In this document: positions 27,901 to 30,758 of the stretch, piece after piece
How positions within the stretch are numbered: the first letter of the stretch is position 1
How the letters are laid out: each line of letters starts with the position of its first letter
IMG/VR virus record: IMGVR_UViG_3300006737_000110
Span: 1 to 30,758 of that record
Direction: 5' to 3' (one strand)
Source of the DNA: a virus
Lineage: Duplodnaviria > Caudoviricetes
DNA: 30,758 nt
Translations under genes and position numbers: made by a program
The notes under the pieces: model-generated
What the model was told of the DNA's origin: nothing
What the model saw: only the letters and a program-made list of their open reading frames with translations
Databases searched by the model: none

Positions 27901-30758
27901 CATATGTCTAATGTTTCTCAAGAAGTATTAGTTGAAATACTTCACAACGGATGGGATAAGTACTATTTAGGAGACGACATTAGTTTGTTTAAAGGTTTAG
28001 ATGAAAGAAGATGGTGGGATAATACCGTTTGGACTACTTTGGTTATACAGGGACCTGGAACAGTAAGACAAAGTTTAAATGTTTTTAACGATGCTGTTAG
28101 TACGCAAAGATCAAGAGCTAAGCAAAGAGAACTAGCTAAAGAATTGCACGGTCTTTTAGAAACGAAGAAAGAGATCATGGAAGACGAAAGCGGAAGCAGA
28201 CTAGCGGAGCTTGAAGAAATAAACAAAAGAATAAGCGAGGTGCTTGAGGAGTCTAATATGATAAACTTCATGAATCTATCCGAGTTAGACGAATTGACTA
28301 TGGAGGAGATGAAAGAAGCTTTTTCAATACAGAGACAAATAGATGAGAGAGTAAGTAGACTTAGTTCTATGGCAGAAGCTTTTGGACCAGATAAAAAACT
28401 TAGGGACAAGTTAGTACAGGAAATAACAGAGTTGCAAAACAAAAAAGATAAGATACTAAACAAAGAAAGCGATAAAACTATAGAGGACACTAAAGACGCC
28501 GCTAACCCAGGTGTAGCTGCTTATAATTGGGGTTTAACTAAGTTTTACAATAGAGCCATAAAAGCAATGGCAGAACAAGATGAAGATCTTAACTACTATG
28601 AGTTAGATTATAAAATTGTCCATTTAGGTAAGTTTGACAAAGATGGAAACAAAATATATGAGCTTACTGAAAAAGATAAGGCCGCTATAAGAAAAAGGTT
28701 TCCAAAAGATGCTAACGTAATAATAAATGGTATCACCAAAAGTTTTGCTGTAAACGAAGGGAATAGTATATATGTGTTTACAAACAACCAATTAAACGCT
28801 ATAAAGTTCGAGTTCGCTCCTGAATTATCATTATTTCCTACCGCGAGAAGAATGAACGCTGCTTATGCGACTGTCGCTGCTCTTCACGAGTATATACATT
28901 ATTATTTGTTTAAAAAAGGATTAGTCACGTATGAATACGATTTTGACGTAACAGAAACCGAAGAGGGAATCGAAGCAGTAGAAGAAGTTGAAAGCACGTC
29001 TTTAGAGGCAGATAAAATCAAAAAGAAAAGAATTTTAAACGAATCTTTAAGAGAGTCTTTAGAAGAGTTAGATAGATACTTGCAAGGAAAACTTACCAAT
29101 AAAGAAATGGAGTTGGTAAGAAATAGAATTGCTAAATATAAAAAAGAAAACAATAATCAAGACGACTACGAGGAGTTTGTTATGTTGCTCTCTGATTTGT
29201 TAGCCACTGGATATATTACTAAGACAGATATTAACGCTATGTTCCACGTAAGATCTTTCTTCCAAGGATTGGCTGAGTTTGTTGGTCTTGATTATGGTTT
29301 TGGTAATTTATTTAAAAGACCAGAAGATATAGTAACTTACCTAGAGTCTTTACAAAGAAAGATAAATGCAGGGAAATTAAAAGTTATACTCGATCCTGAG
29401 GAAGAAAAAGAAGTTAAAACAAAAGAGGACGATCACGTTGTTATGATGTCTATAATGGAAAATTTAGCTAGTGAAGTTGACGCTATATGGGCTAAAGACG
29501 GTGTAAACGGAACTGTAGATATAATATCTTTATACGGGGGCGTGTATAACTATGACACTGGAGCATTTGATGTTATACCGAACAGCATGTTAGATAGAGC
29601 TATTAGAAAATACCGAGGCTTTCCTAGTTTTGATTACAACGAACTAGCAAATGCGTTTGTAACAGAGAAGAGAGGTTTAATGGAGATGATAACCAAAGAA
29701 TATAACGCTAAGCACAAAAAACAAAAAGACTCTAAAACAACAGAAAAAGAAGCAACTCTATCTATGTTCTTGAACAAATTTTGGCCGGAGAGAATAAAAC
29801 AAATAGCCGTTGACGTTTTAAAACAAGAGTTTGAACCCGAGATCACAGAAAAAACAACAAAGATGATCGACGAAGATGGTAACATGGATTTTGACTTCTT
29901 CATAGATAATCAAATAGACTTACAATTAGCCACTGTCTTAGGAGTAGAAGAGCGTATTAAAGAAAAAATAAGAGAAGCTGTAGAGAAAACTTTTGGTACA
30001 AAACTTCCAGCAGTAACTTCTTTAAAATTTAAAACAGTAGTTAACGATGCTGTTAGAGCAGAGCTTAACGGTGTTATACGAGAATTAATGGGTGGTAGAT
30101 CTGCCGCTAAATTTAAAGCTTTCTTAGAATCTAATTATACAGATAAAGGTGGAAACGTTATAGAAGTTTGGAAAGCTATTTATGATGCCATACCTCAGTC
30201 TATATTAAATAAGAGCTTCCAAGCGTTTATAGAGCCCGTACTAGACGAGCAAGGTAGACAAGTAAGACCAGACAATAATAGATTATTTAAAAGAAAAGAT
30301 ATAACTAAAGAAGAGTTTTTAGACTTTTTCTTTGGTGAAAACGTTGGGCGTTCTACGCAAGGTACTAGAAAAACAGGGCTGATAAACGCTTTAGCAGTAA
30401 CACTATCTAGACATTATGTTATAGACCATCTTGAAGATTCTAAAAATTTAGAAAAAACAGAAAACATCAACGAACTTCAAGGACATCAAAAAGTAGATAA
30501 CTACTTAGCTAGGGTAACAGAAGCTTTAGATTTAAATCCTGAAAACAAGTTATCTATAATGGAGTTAACACCAGGAGTTATAGACGAGGTAAGTAAATTA
30601 AGAGACTTTGTTTCTGAAAACGGTGAAACCAAAGGTAGTGATATGGCTCCGTTGTTAGACAAGTATTTAGACGAAGAAGTAGACGATAAATTTAAAGGTT
30701 TTATGGGTGTCATTATAGAAGACGTTAAAAACATCTTTGACGAATACGGATCTATAAG
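24964..30758 (+). CDS. Giant (>1930 aa, 3'-truncated) putative ejected cargo/polyvalent protein with a zincin-like metallopeptidase motif and a sigma-region-2-like segment
   Basis: Absent from the ORF track because it runs off the window. Frame 1 from ATG 24964 (MALEEIVQSMIEDGRSEEEIASVI...) has no stop to the end by manual translation. HEYIH is at 28885-28899, EEFVMLLSD starts at 29170 and a hydrophobic segment spans 27481-27585. Confidence 0.85.
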   Translation, partial: MALEEIVQSMIEDGRSEEEIASVISEHDNIEKIDNNKVFKSPSEDIDEVETVEPKTKTEVPALEEPAMETDVEEIKVTDLTKENETKKRRFKDKVKSILGPMNVSTELQDNVVRLKELYNNIDIDAITESSKKTTADSYFQINQIKRRQGFDLSHLSDEFLEEEGLERQIPFKKAFFDYYKNEQGYTKKDIKKLWKEYEQYEKTDTLPDNDFVNNEIMERVNKEKGRVTGEFFKDLNKFEISEVEKYLREVENKADIEVSYNPLIPEEEGGDGQFESIVTNIESRITQLQNQYDISEEKGFGQVNTKMKGDIKEELDGLKQELELFKNKQFRDLKLIPQIFEATNYGGDAIGNINNGRSNQETYIYNVDFPEVEVNDKQIVITPAQANLNLVKDIFSQTIDTDSKMLEKMGETYWTDTIENFEKYAEEQGYEIWNGTDVDLEDSDLLRGSDKYYGELIKFIGEDKTKAYKNYLNWVAKKSQVDGYVDPQGWMKLSTFDINEDHTPTNWFGIEDFQRKYNTQMVHLFNEKLTPTEILDYQKSMYNVTGFNLYNEWEQERIKDEDTYRKLTGKHLLQPTTYKGVYYEPRINMNPESRKSVEADLRARHSFYKPFAELSSYDINRVTNYTTRKLNKHIKDAFKRIEQIEKAAEKEMEKYLSSVPKELTDRLGELMDMLASYPTTPTTKEDIRKYNDIILEAQAIDEAMEETGINDLHKRLKYLKNLLEVEIETLVEICEITDKQEPIRRIAGTNYNDWDLAIHNIEKGILYPLGMLVRDVLLLDRTQQITKHNNLGTRVDINGNLVHAFRPSNTFNVDFDNTTFRGSFFSNLFTWDTRIQGRLFADAAPTLSIISFSALTGGTTASWLIPFFATGYGNEVFKLENRRNEAKKYIDFYKAAYNLAETEEDKFYYGNLMNEADRMSNLSEFDIYASGIYKGLTEVLTEYTLGYGFFLRRLRRFNNRRLAGGAGLGNLVSLNVVNHMSNVSQEVLVEILHNGWDKYYLGDDISLFKGLDERRWWDNTVWTTLVIQGPGTVRQSLNVFNDAVSTQRSRAKQRELAKELHGLLETKKEIMEDESGSRLAELEEINKRISEVLEESNMINFMNLSELDELTMEEMKEAFSIQRQIDERVSRLSSMAEAFGPDKKLRDKLVQEITELQNKKDKILNKESDKTIEDTKDAANPGVAAYNWGLTKFYNRAIKAMAEQDEDLNYYELDYKIVHLGKFDKDGNKIYELTEKDKAAIRKRFPKDANVIINGITKSFAVNEGNSIYVFTNNQLNAIKFEFAPELSLFPTARRMNAAYATVAALHEYIHYYLFKKGLVTYEYDFDVTETEEGIEAVEEVESTSLEADKIKKKRILNESLRESLEELDRYLQGKLTNKEMELVRNRIAKYKKENNNQDDYEEFVMLLSDLLATGYITKTDINAMFHVRSFFQGLAEFVGLDYGFGNLFKRPEDIVTYLESLQRKINAGKLKVILDPEEEKEVKTKEDDHVVMMSIMENLASEVDAIWAKDGVNGTVDIISLYGGVYNYDTGAFDVIPNSMLDRAIRKYRGFPSFDYNELANAFVTEKRGLMEMITKEYNAKHKKQKDSKTTEKEATLSMFLNKFWPERIKQIAVDVLKQEFEPEITEKTTKMIDEDGNMDFDFFIDNQIDLQLATVLGVEERIKEKIREAVEKTFGTKLPAVTSLKFKTVVNDAVRAELNGVIRELMGGRSAAKFKAFLESNYTDKGGNVIEVWKAIYDAIPQSILNKSFQAFIEPVLDEQGRQVRPDNNRLFKRKDITKEEFLDFFFGENVGRSTQGTRKTGLINALAVTLSRHYVIDHLEDSKNLEKTENINELQGHQKVDNYLARVTEALDLNPENKLSIMELTPGVIDEVSKLRDFVSENGETKGSDMAPLLDKYLDEEVDDKFKGFMGVIIEDVKNIFDEYGSI

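Noticed and set aside
29869-29907. DEDGNMDFDFFID resembling the RNA polymerase catalytic DxDxD (DFDGD/DFDID) motif
   Set aside because: The spacing does not give DxDxD and the context is an acidic linker with no double-psi barrel cues. A virion RNAP, if present, would have to lie beyond the window.
324-30734. Numerous minus-strand and nested short ORFs in the track (e.g. 18010-18486, 24903-25325, 27963-28490, 4077-4298)
   Set aside because: All lie within long + strand genes and have the Ser/Leu/Phe-rich composition of shadow frames, with no recognisable motifs.
180-30758. Stop-codon reassignment (TAG/TGA) as in some crAss-like phages
   Set aside because: Long genes are intact under the standard code with near-complete coding density. 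Genes end in TAA except one TAG at 2468-2470, so recoding is not needed to explain the window.

Overview
AT-rich, gene-dense segment of a tailed dsDNA phage genome with all genes on the + strand. It covers the packaging, head, tail and ejection (late) module of a podovirus-type phage. Gene order and protein motifs resemble crAss-like / marine Bacteroidota (Flavobacteriia) phages; the taxonomy and host are inferred, not searched. Order: partial 3TM-type holin; small beta-rich protein; two LamG/ConA-like proteins sharing an MLGLG N-terminus; two small ORFs; a tandem GroES-like protein; candidate TerS; TerL; portal; scaffold; major capsid with terminator; three adaptor/ring-type proteins; a 2018-aa tail stabilization/nozzle protein; an Ig-like appendage protein; a small beta protein; a cupin; two ejection-protein candidates. 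The window ends in a giant ORF (24964 to window end, >1930 aa) that is missing from the supplied ORF track. I translated it by hand and found no in-frame stop. It has a hydrophobic Gly/Ala segment, a zincin HEXXH...EE motif and, right after it, a sigma70 region-2-like segment. This virion-type protease plus sigma-like polyprotein, together with recurring short basic S-[AP]-x-K / F-x-M-x-G motifs in the neighbouring cargo proteins, is the best candidate for an undescribed system. I saw no tRNA, CRISPR array, intron, mobile element or stop-codon recoding. All product calls come from motif recognition and synteny only.
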